Positions 56,501-64,000 of a stretch of DNA of 64,000 nucleotides are shown one piece after another. Within the stretch, counting starts at the first letter, position 1. Every line of letters begins with the position of its first letter. The notes below the pieces were generated by a model. That model searched no databases, was not told where the DNA came from, and saw only the letters and a program-made list of their open reading frames with translations. Origin of the DNA: Sphaerodactylus townsendi. Its lineage: Eukaryota. The stretch covers positions 135,222,001 to 135,286,000 of the forward strand of contig NC_059427.1 in the NCBI RefSeq assembly GCF_021028975.2, written 5' to 3'. The translations under genes and the position numbers were made by a program.

Positions 56501-57856
56501 AGTCCAAACATCTGCTACAGAAGCTGCTATTTGCAACTGACAGTCATTGCTCTAGGCAGGCTACACAATGACTATACTTAACAAATTGTAGATGAAATTA
56601 ATTTGCAAAATGTATCTGTTCTAATCATCCGTCTGCAAAAGTTTTAAAACAAACTATATTTTAGCTGATGAGAAAATTCATCAATAACAAAAAACAAATA
56701 CAAGATGCTTAATGATAGGTAATCATTCTGTTCTGATATATAGCATTTATGATATCTTGTGCCTGAACCAGTAAAGTTACCATTCTATAAGACTACATGC
56801 AACAGTATGAAGTAAATGAAACACTTTACTAACCTGTGCAATACCAACTAAAAATGTGCACTGACACAGAGGGCTAAGTAACCACACAAAAGACTTTGGG
56901 AAATCCTCCAAAATGACAATGGTCAGTCCCACAAAACCAAATGCCAAGGTTGTCAAAAATTCAATTGTACCAATGTGCTTTGATTTTTTGAAAAGAGGAG
57001 TCAACATGAATGCAAAGAAAACCTAAACAGAGATTTAAAAATGAATAAAAAGGCTTGATTTTAAAGACTGAAGGAGCAATTTTAACATGTGGAAAATGTA
57101 ATTACTGCTAAAGAAGAAAATAAACTGTCTTGCTTAATCCTTGCTATAGATAGCATTTGATACACATTATTAATCAAGGTCAGAAATAATCTAAATGGTC
57201 AAAACGTAGAGTTATTGTGATTGCTTTTCTACTGCATAAACTATATGTATAGCTTGAGAAACATTCAATTTGAAAGAAGTATGTTATTAAATATTACAGT
57301 TAATCTAATGGCTTGTATCCTGCTGCTTAGCAAAGTTTGAAACCTCCCTCTGGCCTAAACAGCCTTCCTCCAAAAGTCTCAAATCTCAAAAAGGCTCCTT
57401 GTACTAAAAGGAAGTTTCAAACTTTGCTGAACAGAGTAGCAGGATACAAACCAATGCTTATTGAGAGAAATGTTATGTAGTTTGTAGCCATTCCAACACA
57501 TCCAGTATAAAATGAGAAAATAGCTGCTGGAATATGTAAGCAGATTTTATTTTTCTGGACCTGTTATTTATTGGGATAAAGTGTCAGCTACCATTTGGAG
57601 CAAAGCAAAACAAAGCATAGAGAAACAATTTTTCTATACATGTAAATAGCAAGGACTCTGAAACACAGTGCCTCAATAAATAAATGATGAGTACACACAC
57701 ATACACACACTTACGGAGGATAATCCATACAGGAAAAAAAGAAGAAATATCACAAAGCTGCTACTTTTGGGGAAGAGTGACGAGTATGTTGCAATGATCG
57801 ACATGAGAAGAGACATAACGAATATCAGACTGGTGTACAGTAGGACCCAAGAAAGC
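2425..57856 (-). CDS. ABCA5: ABCA5 gene, 5'-partial: 33 coding exons, 4177 nt, ~1391 aa plus stop
   Basis: All introns are GT-AG and phases join without breaks. NBD1 has Walker A GHSGTGKT, signature LSGGQ and Walker B VLLLDE. NBD2 has [16 protein letters not shown] and VTLLDE. The C-terminus [37 protein letters not shown] matches vertebrate ABCA5 as I recall it. Confidence 0.97.
3931..3986 (-). CDS. ABCA5: ABCA5 exon (56 nt) [19 protein letters not shown]
   Basis: [12 protein letters not shown] motif; TAG/GTAATG. Confidence 0.97.
4484..4797. mobile_element. Palindromic MITE, Kolobok-like
   Basis: Long imperfect TIRs agagtcttactta...taagtaagactct; TTAA on both sides (4480-4483, 4798-4801); AG...CT termini. 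Confidence 0.7.
5283..5362 (-). CDS. ABCA5: ABCA5 exon (80 nt) [26 protein letters not shown]
   Basis: CAG/GTGAAG; phase 2 to 1. Confidence 0.95.
6350..6417 (+). mobile_element. L2-type LINE 3' tail fragment
   Basis: cctgagccc...gggccgtataa...(aaat)n matches the L2 tails at 30330-30384 and 7851-7915. Confidence 0.6.
6894..7043 (-). CDS. ABCA5: ABCA5 exon (150 nt) [23 protein letters not shown]...FPNANHQES
   Basis: QHLKSKFG motif; TAG/GTAAGA. Confidence 0.97.
7175..7294 (-). CDS. ABCA5: ABCA5 exon (120 nt), NBD2 H-loop
   Basis: [40 protein letters not shown]. Confidence 0.97.
7805..11064. mobile_element. Harbinger-like MITE A, interrupted by an L2
   Basis: TIR ggtcgtttccccacttacct / aggtaagtggggaaacgacc; 3-bp TSD TAG (7802-7804, 11065-11067). 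Confidence 0.8.
7850..10900 (-). mobile_element. L2-clade LINE, 5'-truncated ORF2 (APE endonuclease + RT), heavily frameshifted
   Basis: Fragments LVYRSP and GDF-NVH (APE), [44 protein letters not shown]; (AATAA)n 3' tail at 7851-7875. Confidence 0.92.
11105..11588. mobile_element. Harbinger-like MITE B
   Basis: TIR ggccctttc...gaaagggcc; 3-bp TSD TAT (11102-11104, 11589-11591). Confidence 0.78.
12217..12311 (-). CDS. ABCA5: ABCA5 exon (95 nt), NBD2 Walker B and D-loop
   Basis: [32 protein letters not shown]; CAG/GTAAGT. Confidence 0.97.
13205..13410 (-). mobile_element. tRNA-derived SINE, degenerate
   Basis: AT-rich tail, cccaaggtca core, ggactggaacc B-box (antisense), cactac A-box remnant. 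Confidence 0.65.
13420..13830. repeat. Unclassified interspersed repeat (homologous to 32400-32810)
   Basis: Shared blocks gggtgagtcatg, cctggaaagggccct, tttactgacataaac, tttcttaaa.ctacagg, agatttttctgca. Confidence 0.75.
13911..13986 (-). CDS. ABCA5: ABCA5 exon (76 nt), NBD2 degenerate signature LAAGIKRK
   Basis: (C)[25 protein letters not shown]; CAG/GTATTT. Confidence 0.96.
14264..14439 (-). CDS. ABCA5: ABCA5 exon (176 nt), NBD2 Q-loop GYCPQ
   Basis: [58 protein letters not shown]. Confidence 0.97.
14946..15037 (-). CDS. ABCA5: ABCA5 exon (92 nt), NBD2 Walker A GPNGSGKS
   Basis: [31 protein letters not shown]. Confidence 0.97.
15150..15267 (-). CDS. ABCA5: ABCA5 exon (118 nt) [39 protein letters not shown]
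   Basis: TAG/GTTGGA boundaries; phase 0 to 1. Confidence 0.95.
15753..15876 (-). CDS. ABCA5: ABCA5 exon (124 nt) [41 protein letters not shown]
   Basis: EDEDVKAER motif; AG/GT. Confidence 0.96.
16850..17330 (-). mobile_element. RTE-X-like LINE 3' fragment with C-terminal zinc knuckle
   Basis: ORF 16957..17298 LARFNVLPS...[23 protein letters not shown] resembles 39472..40161 and 37062..37352; ends approximate. Confidence 0.75.
17531..17622 (-). CDS. ABCA5: ABCA5 exon (92 nt) [31 protein letters not shown]
   Basis: CAG/GTCAGT; DPFFR motif. Confidence 0.96.
18836..18901 (-). CDS. ABCA5: ABCA5 exon (66 nt) [22 protein letters not shown]
   Basis: GTAAGT donor; the TAG acceptor at 18902-18904 is chosen because the next upstream AG would include an in-frame stop. 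Confidence 0.85.
19524..19661 (-). CDS. ABCA5: ABCA5 exon (138 nt) [14 protein letters not shown]...[13 protein letters not shown]
   Basis: TAG/GTAAAT boundaries. Confidence 0.94.
20039..20152 (-). CDS. ABCA5: ABCA5 exon (114 nt) [38 protein letters not shown]
   Basis: CAG/GTAAGT boundaries. Confidence 0.96.
21756..21926 (-). CDS. ABCA5: ABCA5 exon (171 nt) [27 protein letters not shown]...EKFLAV
   Basis: AG/GT; QLKISGL..YW motif of TMD2. Confidence 0.96.
23105..24194 (-). mobile_element. Solo LTR (~1090 bp), Gypsy-like
   Basis: Termini t(a)tgac...gtcaca; 5-bp TSD ACAAT (23100-23104, 24195-24199); minus-strand CCAAT-type box (~24111), TATAAAA (~24084) and AATAAA (~23473). Confidence 0.85.
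24399..24512 (-). CDS. ABCA5: ABCA5 exon (114 nt) [38 protein letters not shown]
   Basis: AG/GT; MPPYFAM motif. Confidence 0.96.
24937..24985. repeat. Tandem repeat (tttttattatga) x4
   Basis: Direct inspection. Confidence 0.9.
25385..25522 (-). CDS. ABCA5: ABCA5 exon (138 nt) [28 protein letters not shown]...IWSSPFFQ
   Basis: CAG/GTAAGT boundaries. Confidence 0.96.
26360..26500. mobile_element. 141-bp Harbinger-like MITE (same family as 54422-54562)
   Basis: Near-identical to 54422-54562; TIR ggcccc.t.cgcac...gtgcggaa.gagcc; TSD tca/cca. Confidence 0.85.
27384..30384 (+). mobile_element. L2 3' fragment split by a CR1 insertion (27384-27593 and 29950-30384)
   Basis: QNAAARL and [11 protein letters not shown]-like remnants; [16 protein letters not shown] in ORF 29929; L2 3' tail. 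Confidence 0.8.
27594..29949 (+). mobile_element. CR1 LINE, 5'-truncated, RT region of ORF2 plus 3' UTR
   Basis: [37 protein letters not shown]; (ttcttatg)n 3' microsatellite; candidate TSD ctttt. Confidence 0.95.
31611..31783 (-). CDS. ABCA5: ABCA5 exon (173 nt), ECD2, contains an internal 45-nt duplication
   Basis: [58 protein letters not shown]; TAG/GTGAGA; phase 1 to 0 fits neighbours. Confidence 0.93.
32178..32390 (-). mobile_element. tRNA-derived SINE, degenerate
   Basis: cacaaccaccctg core, ggggatccaaacc B-box (antisense), AT-rich tail. Confidence 0.65.
32400..32810. repeat. Unclassified interspersed repeat (homologous to 13420-13830)
   Basis: Shared blocks with 13420-13830. Confidence 0.75.
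33057..33226 (-). CDS. ABCA5: ABCA5 exon (170 nt) [16 protein letters not shown]...[10 protein letters not shown], first TMD2 helix and start of ECD2
   Basis: AG/GT boundaries; overlaps ORF 32968..33252. Confidence 0.95.
33508..33709 (-). CDS. ABCA5: ABCA5 exon (202 nt) [15 protein letters not shown]...[11 protein letters not shown]
   Basis: TAG acceptor, GTAAGT donor; open frame. Confidence 0.94.
33818..34380 (-). mobile_element. L2 3' fragment
   Basis: ORF 34099..34401 [11 protein letters not shown]...[16 protein letters not shown]; (AATA)n tail. Confidence 0.9.
34703..34822 (-). CDS. ABCA5: ABCA5 exon (120 nt) [40 protein letters not shown]
   Basis: [18 protein letters not shown] motif; AG/GT. 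Confidence 0.97.
35739..35878 (-). CDS. ABCA5: ABCA5 exon (140 nt) [11 protein letters not shown]...[10 protein letters not shown]
   Basis: AG/GT boundaries; overlaps ORF 35707..35946. Confidence 0.95.
36158..36248 (-). CDS. ABCA5: ABCA5 exon (91 nt) [30 protein letters not shown]
   Basis: AG/GT boundaries, phase consistent. Confidence 0.96.
36367..36505 (-). CDS. ABCA5: ABCA5 exon (139 nt), NBD1 Walker B, D-loop and H-loop
   Basis: [46 protein letters not shown]. Confidence 0.97.
36927..37356 (-). mobile_element. RTE-X-like LINE 3' fragment
   Basis: Zinc-knuckle [22 protein letters not shown]; 16-bp TSD agcagtctgcaagtaa (36911-36926, 37357-37372). Confidence 0.85.
38168..38223. repeat. 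Compound (GT)n-(GC)n-(CA)n microsatellite
   Basis: Direct inspection. Confidence 0.9.
39178..41291. mobile_element. Non-autonomous hAT-type DNA transposon with repetitive interior
   Basis: TIR caggggcgtaa / ttacgccagtg; 8-bp TSD cctacctc (39170-39177, 41292-41299). Confidence 0.85.
39461..40256 (+). mobile_element. RTE-X-like LINE 3' fragment inserted in the hAT element
   Basis: Open 229-aa frame ending in RLCPC...HQLLHC zinc knuckle; aataaa near the end; 14-bp TSD caatgggag(t/c)taat (39447-39460, 40257-40270). Confidence 0.85.
41481..41541. repeat. Minisatellite (~21-bp unit ttatgtacaaactattatgt.) x3
   Basis: Direct inspection. Confidence 0.85.
41597..41716 (-). CDS. ABCA5: ABCA5 exon (120 nt), NBD1 signature LSGGQ
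   Basis: [40 protein letters not shown]; AAG acceptor, GTAAAT donor. Confidence 0.97.
41765..41898. other. Assembly gap (134 N)
   Basis: Run of n; intronic, and the flanking exons remain in phase. Confidence 1.
42625..42861. mobile_element. Penelope-like element, inverted pLTR fragment with hammerhead-like core
   Basis: Inverted arms; 3' end gaatccggccatgaaagccttcgac; 13-bp TSD aaaatgtttcctg (42615-42627, 42862-42874). Confidence 0.8.
42678..42718 (-). ncRNA. Minimal type I hammerhead ribozyme-like motif (Penelope-derived)
   Basis: Minus strand reads CCU-CUGAAGA-U-GCC(13-nt loop)GGC-GAAA-CG-UU-AGG. Confidence 0.55.
43188..43363 (-). CDS. ABCA5: ABCA5 exon (176 nt), NBD1 Q-loop region
   Basis: [59 protein letters not shown]; TAG/GTGAGT. 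Confidence 0.96.
43775..43885 (-). CDS. ABCA5: ABCA5 exon (111 nt), NBD1 Walker A GHSGTGKT
   Basis: [37 protein letters not shown]; AG/GT boundaries. Confidence 0.97.
44836..44894 (-). CDS. ABCA5: ABCA5 exon (59 nt) [19 protein letters not shown]
   Basis: TTTCAG acceptor, GTAAGA donor, in phase with neighbours. Confidence 0.93.
45064..45590. mobile_element. Harbinger-like MITE with internal ~160-bp hairpin
   Basis: TIR ggcccttt...aaagggcc; TSD tta/ata; CpG-rich; inverted arms at ~45295-45456. Confidence 0.75.
48351..48640 (+). mobile_element. tRNA-derived SINE (Squam3-like), full length
   Basis: A-box tgacgtagtgg, B-box ggtttgattcc, gggtgaccttgggc-type core, (ctc)n tail. Confidence 0.85.
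48965..49078 (-). mobile_element. Penelope-like pLTR fragment, degenerate
   Basis: Homologous to 42625-42730. Confidence 0.7.
49512..49710 (+). mobile_element. 5S rRNA-derived SINE (SINE3, 5S-Sauria-like)
   Basis: gatctcagaagctaa.cagggtcggccctg.ttagtgcttggatgggagacc is the 5S internal control region; followed by gaaggcaatggcaa.ccac RTE/BovB-like tail. Confidence 0.85.
50337..50849. mobile_element. hAT (Charlie-type) non-autonomous DNA transposon
   Basis: TIR cagtgatggcgaa / ttcgccaccactg; 8-bp TSD gtatagac (50329-50336, 50850-50857). Confidence 0.92.
51364..51654. mobile_element. Penelope-like element, palindromic pLTR pair
   Basis: ~120-bp inverted arms; 14-bp TSD aatgctgagtaact (51352-51365, 51655-51668). 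Confidence 0.82.
51978..52145 (-). mobile_element. 5S-derived SINE, degenerate
   Basis: Reverse complement of the 49512-49710 family (ggtggtctctcacccaaat..., gtggtttgccatt). Confidence 0.75.
52189..52651. mobile_element. Tc1/mariner (Tc2-like) MITE fragment with internal direct and inverted repeats
   Basis: End ...ctcggcttataggcgagtatatacgg-TA; repeated acatcagggggagtcactgcccaaataaggagctccc units; left end not visible. Confidence 0.7.
53249..53417 (-). CDS. ABCA5: ABCA5 exon (169 nt) [18 protein letters not shown]...EFQGKEAIR
   Basis: AG/GT boundaries, phase 1 to 2. Confidence 0.96.
54422..54562. mobile_element. 141-bp Harbinger-like MITE
   Basis: TIR ggccccttccgcac / gtgcggaaggagcc; TSD TTA on both sides. 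Confidence 0.88.
56177..56324 (-). CDS. ABCA5: ABCA5 exon (148 nt) [15 protein letters not shown]...YLDQVIP(G)
   Basis: CAG acceptor, GTATGC donor; ABCA-type YLDQVIPG motif. Confidence 0.96.
56435..56486. repeat. Perfect 24-bp inverted repeat with 4-nt loop
   Basis: agccacaggctcttagagataata-attg-tattatctctaagagcctgtggct. Confidence 0.95.
56834..57022 (-). CDS. ABCA5: ABCA5 exon (189 nt) [18 protein letters not shown]...[14 protein letters not shown]1
   Basis: AG/GT boundaries; overlaps ORF 56777..57007. Confidence 0.95.
57310..57452. mobile_element. Palindromic MITE (3-bp TSD, Harbinger-like)
   Basis: TIR ggcttgtatcctgct / agcaggatacaaacc; TSD AAT. Confidence 0.75.
57715..57856 (-). CDS. 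ABCA5: ABCA5 exon (142 nt) (W)[50 protein letters not shown]1
   Basis: TAG acceptor, GTAAGT donor, hydrophobic TM helices. Confidence 0.95.
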
Positions 57857-60800
57857 CTAGAAAAAGAAAAACAGAATGAAGTTTCATGAAGTCAAATTCA
57901 TCCGCATAACTATAAACAGGTTACTTACCTGCTACCAAGGTCTTTGAGTGGTTATCTGAACACCTTCACAACTGGGTCCTGAGTCTGCACAGAATAAGTC
58001 TAGAACTTTCTAGCTGGTGTTCTCTGCCGAAAAGACCCTGTGAGTTTTCTGTACCTTCCTATTCTCTACATTCTTTCCAACAACAGACACCAGCAGTAGA
58101 TGAGGAGAGTTCAGTAAACTGCACAGATGACGACTTGGAAAAATATTTAGTACAGGTAAACAACTTGTTTTTCTTCTTTGCAGTTTCTGTATAGTCCAAC
58201 AATTGTGTAACTGGTGAGTTGACCCAGCAATTACTGAACACTGGAGATATAGTTGAAAAGGCTATACCGAACAATTCTACCAAACACAGCATCAGAATGA
58301 AACTTCATATTGGGTACATTATGCTTAACAAATCTGGAAGAAACCCACATAAAATTCTTGCAAAACTTGTACAGAAGTATTCCTCAAAAGAAGGCAGAAG
58401 TCACCATCACTCTGTCAGTAAATAGTAGCAAGAATGGCAGAACAAAGTAGCACAAAAATCATGGAATTCCCTCCCCAGGGAGATTACTCTGTTCCCTCTG
58501 ATGAAGACTTTTCTGTTTTGTTTGTATTGACATTCTTTCTTATTAAATTGCTGGTTTTACATAAATGTACTGTTTTTAAATATTTGTATTATCTTTTTTA
58601 ATTGTTTGCAACCTTAGAGTCCTGATTGGGTGGAAAGATAGGAAACTATTGTTTTAAATAAACGACTTGTGGTCCAACTTCCCCAAGAAACTGGGTTTAA
58701 GAAAAAGGTTTCCCTTATAAACAGTTGATCATATTTTAATATAAAACACTGTGATACACTCTCCAGAATCCCAGGTGGGGCTCAGCCTGGAAATTCCACA
58801 GGTCAGGCCAAGCATCTTACAACTTGTGGCACAGGGCCAGTCCCGATATATATAAAAAAACTAGACTATCAGAAACCTGTGAAAACTGGAATACAGAGTG
58901 AGTGACAGCAGAGGTGGCAGCCGCCTTTATGTCTAAAAGAACACAGGATCAGATGCAGTTTCTGTACTGGATGTTACAGAAAATTTGAAACCATCATAAA
59001 TTTGAAATAATCACTGAGGGAAGGCTTTGCAGAGAGGTCTAGAATGCTAAAAAAAGACTTGGTGCTAAAAAAGTCTAGAGACTGTAATAAAATGGGTGCT
59101 CATGAAGTCTATAATCCATAAATTTAACAAGATGTAGTTACAAATTACCAATCTTTATGTGGAAACTAAGACATTTCCTAAAGGATCCCCCAATATGGTT
59201 GAAGATGGAGAGACTTCTGTGACTCTGCATCTATGACTGCTCTGCAGTTTGTAACGACCCTCACCATGCTTTCTGGGCTCTGAATGGCATAATCTGATAT
59301 AAGCAGCAACTGTTTATGATGGCAAAACGTAGTAGCAGTTGCTGTCTGATTGCCATAAGAAAATAAACATCCTTGAGGTTTACAAAACCCAGTCGAGAAG
59401 TATCATTGCAGAGGAGCAGAATATTGACAATAGAGGGTACAATGCTCTCTCCTTGCCCTGCAGAGAAGGCCCAGATTTGTCACGGGAACAGTCAGATTCT
59501 GTTGATTCATAAATGTTAAGTGGCATCAGTGTATTTACAGTGCTGACACTATCTGTACCAAGTACAGTGCATTTAGATTAGAAGAAATTGTGACAGCCTG
59601 TGGTGAAAAGTGGAACAGAAGTGACACATGCAACAGGAATCCCAGACAAAGGTAGTGCTATCAATGGAGCATCTGAAGATGCAGAGAAAATTTGCACAGG
59701 AGTTATTGACCTGTAGCCTACAAAAAAGTCAGCAAGTACAAGCAAAATAAGCTTAAATTGTCTTAGCGTGCTCCTCTGTCTGTCTCTTCAACGAGGATGG
59801 CTTATTTTAGTAGAAGTTTTATTATACAGTCAAAGACCAGCACACACAATTAGGATTATTTTATGTAAACAAGGAATTTTTTGTTGTTGCTACTCCCCCT
59901 TCCATTATACCCTCTCCCAGAGTCTGCGTGTAAAGACTCTTCCCTAGTGGCATTTTGGAAACAACTCTACTTTTGAGAACCTTTTGTTAATGGCTAATGA
60001 TCTGGATGAGCAATTGTCCATCTTTCCATTGGTTTGTTTGTTTTTATTTTATTTATTTGTTGACTTCTATTCTACTCTATCCCCACAGGGCTCAGGGCGA
60101 GTCACAATTCTAAAATACAATAAGAACATCATTTGTAATCTGTTGATAAAAAGTCACTTTGGGCAAAAAATGGAAAAGAACAGCATAAAGGTTTTAAATA
60201 AAAAGTCAAGTATTCCAAAAAGTAAGTATTCCAAAAAACTTTCAAGAAGTGTCCATCCGTAAATTTGTCCTTTAGAAATTTTTGACAAAGTTTCAGTATT
60301 ATCCTCCATTTTTATTAACCTTCCTCATCAAGAATAACTTGTAGAATCTTCTATTTGTAACATCACCATTATAAAGACTGACAGCTTACAAAGATAAATG
60401 TTCTTTCAATTTAGAAGCATGTCAGCACATAGAACCTTCAAAGTCAACAGGTACCACAGTTAAACAGCCCTATAAAAGAATACTGTGACAGCTAATCCAC
60501 ATCCATCACTGCACCCTTCTAGTGGAATTCACTAGTGGTATAAGGATAGAAAACAGTCAGGAGCAATTCTGCATGTAGCAGAGTTGTGGAAAACAGTTGA
60601 GTTTAACTGGAGCTACTAAATCTCCTGCTTTAGAACCCATGTCACCTCTGCAGCATTTACCAGAACAAAGCTGAGAATTCTGCATGGGACTTGCCTGTTG
60701 AGAGTTGGATTAGGCAGCAGCACTACTAATGGTCCTGTGTGGCAGCAGTGTCAAACACAGACTCAGCAGTTTTTGCTTTTGTTGAGGCCAGCCCATAGAA

Positions 60801-61789
60801 TCCAGAGGGGAACCCCTGCCCCCGGCCTGAAAGGCCACTGAAAAGAAAAGCTGAATGGGTCTCTTATTCCTGGTCTCATTTCTGGCCCTTTCTCTTCTTT
60901 CATAGTGCTAACACCCCCACTTTTAAATTGCCTTTTTTTTTACAGTCAGGCTTTCCAAAAGCAGAATCCGAAAGGCACTTTTCTCCATCAAAGGCAGAAA
61001 GTCTTTGGGGAACTGAGGAAGAAGCCTTTTTTCTTCAGGTTCGAAACTGGAGACTGACTTCGTGGCTTTCCCCCATGTAAGATGCCCTCATACTCTTTAT
61101 GGGAGATCTCCAAGCACTATTAGCTGCTCTTTTATATCATGATTTTCCTTAGATATCAGTTGCCTAACTAATGAATGCCAGTGCTTGTCAACAACCTCTG
61201 CCTACCTAGGCCCATTATGATGTTTGGCCAGATTAGACAAAGACATCCTGAGAGGCACAGCAGGTTGACAAATCAGCACCTGTGTAGAACACAGTTAAAA
61301 TTAGTAAGGGGAGAATGTTGCAAGTCACTTTGAGTTCCCATTGGGAAGAAATGTGGGATACAAATAGAGTAATGAAATGAATAAATGGCATCTGTTATAT
61401 GACCTATGGAGGGTAAAATTTTAGTATTTCAGTGCCCATCTCGGTTAGCCATGGGAAATTGTGTTTATATCTAGAACACAGCATATTGAATCTACATAAC
61501 ATGTTTTACATCATTGCCTCTTTGATCAGGAAGTCCACTTAAGAACTGTTCAGTTTGTGCCCAATAAATTTCCAGGATGTCAAGATTTGGACTATACTAG
61601 ACTGCTCCTAATAGATGAAATGCCACTCCATACAGCAAAAGCAGTGTAGTTCTGTTTCAGTGCATATAACATCCATTGGTCACTGGTGGTTTGAATAATT
61701 TTTTATGTAAGGGAATTTTCTTGATGATTTTATTATTCTTGATCGTTTTCATAGTGCTGTTTATGCTGGTCTATGACTGTATATATGGG

Positions 61790-62458
61790 GTCATACAGGC
61801 CATCTAGTCCAACCTCCTGCTCAATGCAGGATCAGCCTTGAGTATCTCCGACATGTTTGTCCAGCTGCTGCTTGAAGACTGCTTCCCTAGACAATCAATT
61901 CTACTGCTAAATTAATCTCACTGCAATTTTTTTCCCCTAATATCCAGACAGTAAATTTTCTGGAAACTTTTCATGGAACATCTTTGGAAAACCTATCCAA
62001 ACAGAGAAGTAGTTGAAGGGTTTGAAATCTAAAGAAAACAGTAGATTGAAACCACCAGAATATCCTTAAGAAAAAATTGTTCAATCAATGTCTTAACCAT
62101 ATGTGCATGATCCTAGAAATAAGGTTTAATCAAAGATGAGATACCTGGAAGTCAATATATGATGAAAGTCAAGATATGATATTGACACATATGATATTGA
62201 CACATATGATGATGTGTCAATATGAGTTGTGTTTTTTATGGTTGTATGTTTTGTTTGTTTTGTATGTGAGAAAATAAAAATTAAAACATTTTTAAAATCC
62301 AGACAGTAAATTTCCACCAATAATTTAAGCCCATTATTGCGAGTTCTGTCCTCTGCTGCCAACAGGAACAGCTCCTTGCCCTCCCCTGGGTGACAGCCCT
62401 TCAAATGCTTAAAGAGGGCAATCATGTCCCTGCTCAACCTCCTCTTCTCCAGACTGAG
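61790..62458 (-). mobile_element. CR1 3' fragment split by an L1-like insert
   Basis: SLEKRRLSRDMIALFKHLKGCH...RTRNNGLKL in ORF 62126; 3' UTR remnant at 61790-61940. Confidence 0.8.
61959..62296 (+). mobile_element. L1/Tx1-like 3' fragment
   Basis: 17-bp TSD atccagacagtaaattt (61942-61958, 62297-62313); T/G-rich 3' UTR with aataaa and A-rich tail. Confidence 0.7.
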
Positions 62459-64000
62459 ATCCAGCTGTTGTTGCACATAAGACACTCAAAAACTTACTTC
62501 AAATAGCCTAAGATAGCTCACATGTATTGTGATTACATTTTCAAAACCTCAGCAGCAAACAGGAGTCAAGCAGCTCAGTCTTCAAAGTATTTAATGCTGA
62601 GGGACAACCCTGCCAACCCATTTTTAATAGCCTACTAGTGGATATTCATAGTGCTGAAATATAATCATGTTGGCACTGAGCTCACTTCTGGGAAACTCAA
62701 TCCTTTATGCCTTCCTGGTTACAAAAGAAGGGCCTTTCTCCTTGCTAGAAGCCCTCATTCCCTTTAAGAGGCTATCTATGTTTTTCTTGCTGCTGTTAGC
62801 TGCCTTTTGATATCTCATCTCCATTATTCTGTAATTCAGTTTACAAAGTGCTGAATGATATAGGATTGAGCTATAAATGATCCTTTGTCCACAGTCTTTC
62901 CAACTGAAGAAACTGTGACAGTTCTGTTTACTCTAAAGTCCCACTGAGTTCACTGGAATCTTCTTCCTGGTACTACATAAACATCAGGATTACTTAGACC
63001 TATTTTTCTTTAAAAGTTTTATGCTTGTATTATTTTTTTAGGTTCTGCCTGTGACACTCTTCTCACAAAGAGACACCTTTGGTACAGGCAGTCTAATCCA
63101 GATTTTTTTTTTTGGGGGGGGGGGGGGGGAGAACAGTCACTGGAATAGGTGTGAGCTTGCACTGACACGTTTGCCCTCCTGGCTGGCATAAATAGCACCG
63201 ATGCTGGCTAGGAAAGTAAACAGTAAAGCAGTAGGTGTCACAGAGCTCAGTGACCCGTGGCCTGCTTCTGGCTGCAAATTCTGGAGTTGTGCTGGCTTAA
63301 CAGGGAAGCCAGAGTAGGTGGGGGCATTCTGGGGGCATTCCTGGAAACAGAGCCAACATTAGGCTTTGGCCCTGGGAACACTGGTGGTGAGAGAATCAGT
63401 CCATTTAGCCCTATGGAGGGCTTTTCAGGCAGCTGAAGGATTTTGAGTTTTTCTAGCCTCTGCATGCTGCCTCCAGAGGGCTTCCCCGGCTGCTTCGCCG
63501 TCTAGATTGGGCTGTTAATGTGGTATCATCTGCTTGCATTTTCTCTCCCAGTGATGACACAAAGGCAATTATGTAATGGAATAGGCAGCATCTAAAAAAA
63601 TACTTGTTCAGCTGCATGAATGATACTAGGCAAAGAAAGAAAAATGTACAGATATTTATGAAATATTATTTTTTTAGCTAGGCATCAGAGAGTCAGAGAG
63701 CAACTGAATTATAGCAAGGGAAAATTTAATTTACACTTGGAAGGTCAGCTTGTACTGCACTCTCTTCTAACCTTGAATACGTTTTCAAGGCGAAAAAATG
63801 TTATGAATGCTCTGTGCAGTTGCTGCAGCATGAGTGGGAAAAGTAAGGGAAGAAGATCAGTGCAGATGAGCAAACAAGAGAATAGATTACAATTTACAGC
63901 ACCTGGGTTAATTAATTGAAAGGATGGACTAATTGATATCTGTTTTTGAAAAGGGCCTCAAATTGCTGTATTGATAAGGTAATTTACAATCTTTTCTTCA

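Noticed and set aside
57900-64000. Upstream ABCA5 exons or promoter
   Set aside because: I found no sequence encoding the expected preceding exon (…MGLHDTAFW) and no CpG island, so the region is treated as intron.

Overview
Vertebrate genomic DNA, almost certainly a squamate reptile and probably a gecko, judging by the SINE, CR1, L2, Penelope and MITE content. The window is dominated by one minus-strand gene, ABCA5 (ABC transporter subfamily A member 5). I traced 33 consecutive GT-AG coding exons from 57856 down to the TGA stop at 2425-2427. They total 4177 nt, stay in phase throughout and give about 1391 aa covering late TMD1, NBD1, ECD2/TMD2, NBD2 and the C-terminus ...[14 protein letters not shown]. 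The first ~5 coding exons appear to lie beyond the right edge. A ~1.55 kb 3' UTR probably ends near tandem AATAAA signals at 882-894. Introns are full of transposable elements, many with readable target-site duplications (TSDs) and several nested. They include L2, CR1, RTE-X-like and L1-like LINE fragments, a solo LTR, hAT, Harbinger-like, Kolobok-like and Tc/mariner non-autonomous DNA elements, tRNA- and 5S-derived SINEs, and Penelope-like fragments. The most notable observations are: a 45-nt (15-aa) intra-exonic duplication in ECD2 that doubles an NGSxYVS glycosylation motif; Penelope-derived minimal hammerhead-ribozyme cores in sense within the pre-mRNA; non-canonical Q-loop and D-loop residues; and multi-level TE nests. 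I see no evidence for a wholly new multi-gene system. Most ORFs in the supplied track are spurious or TE-derived.
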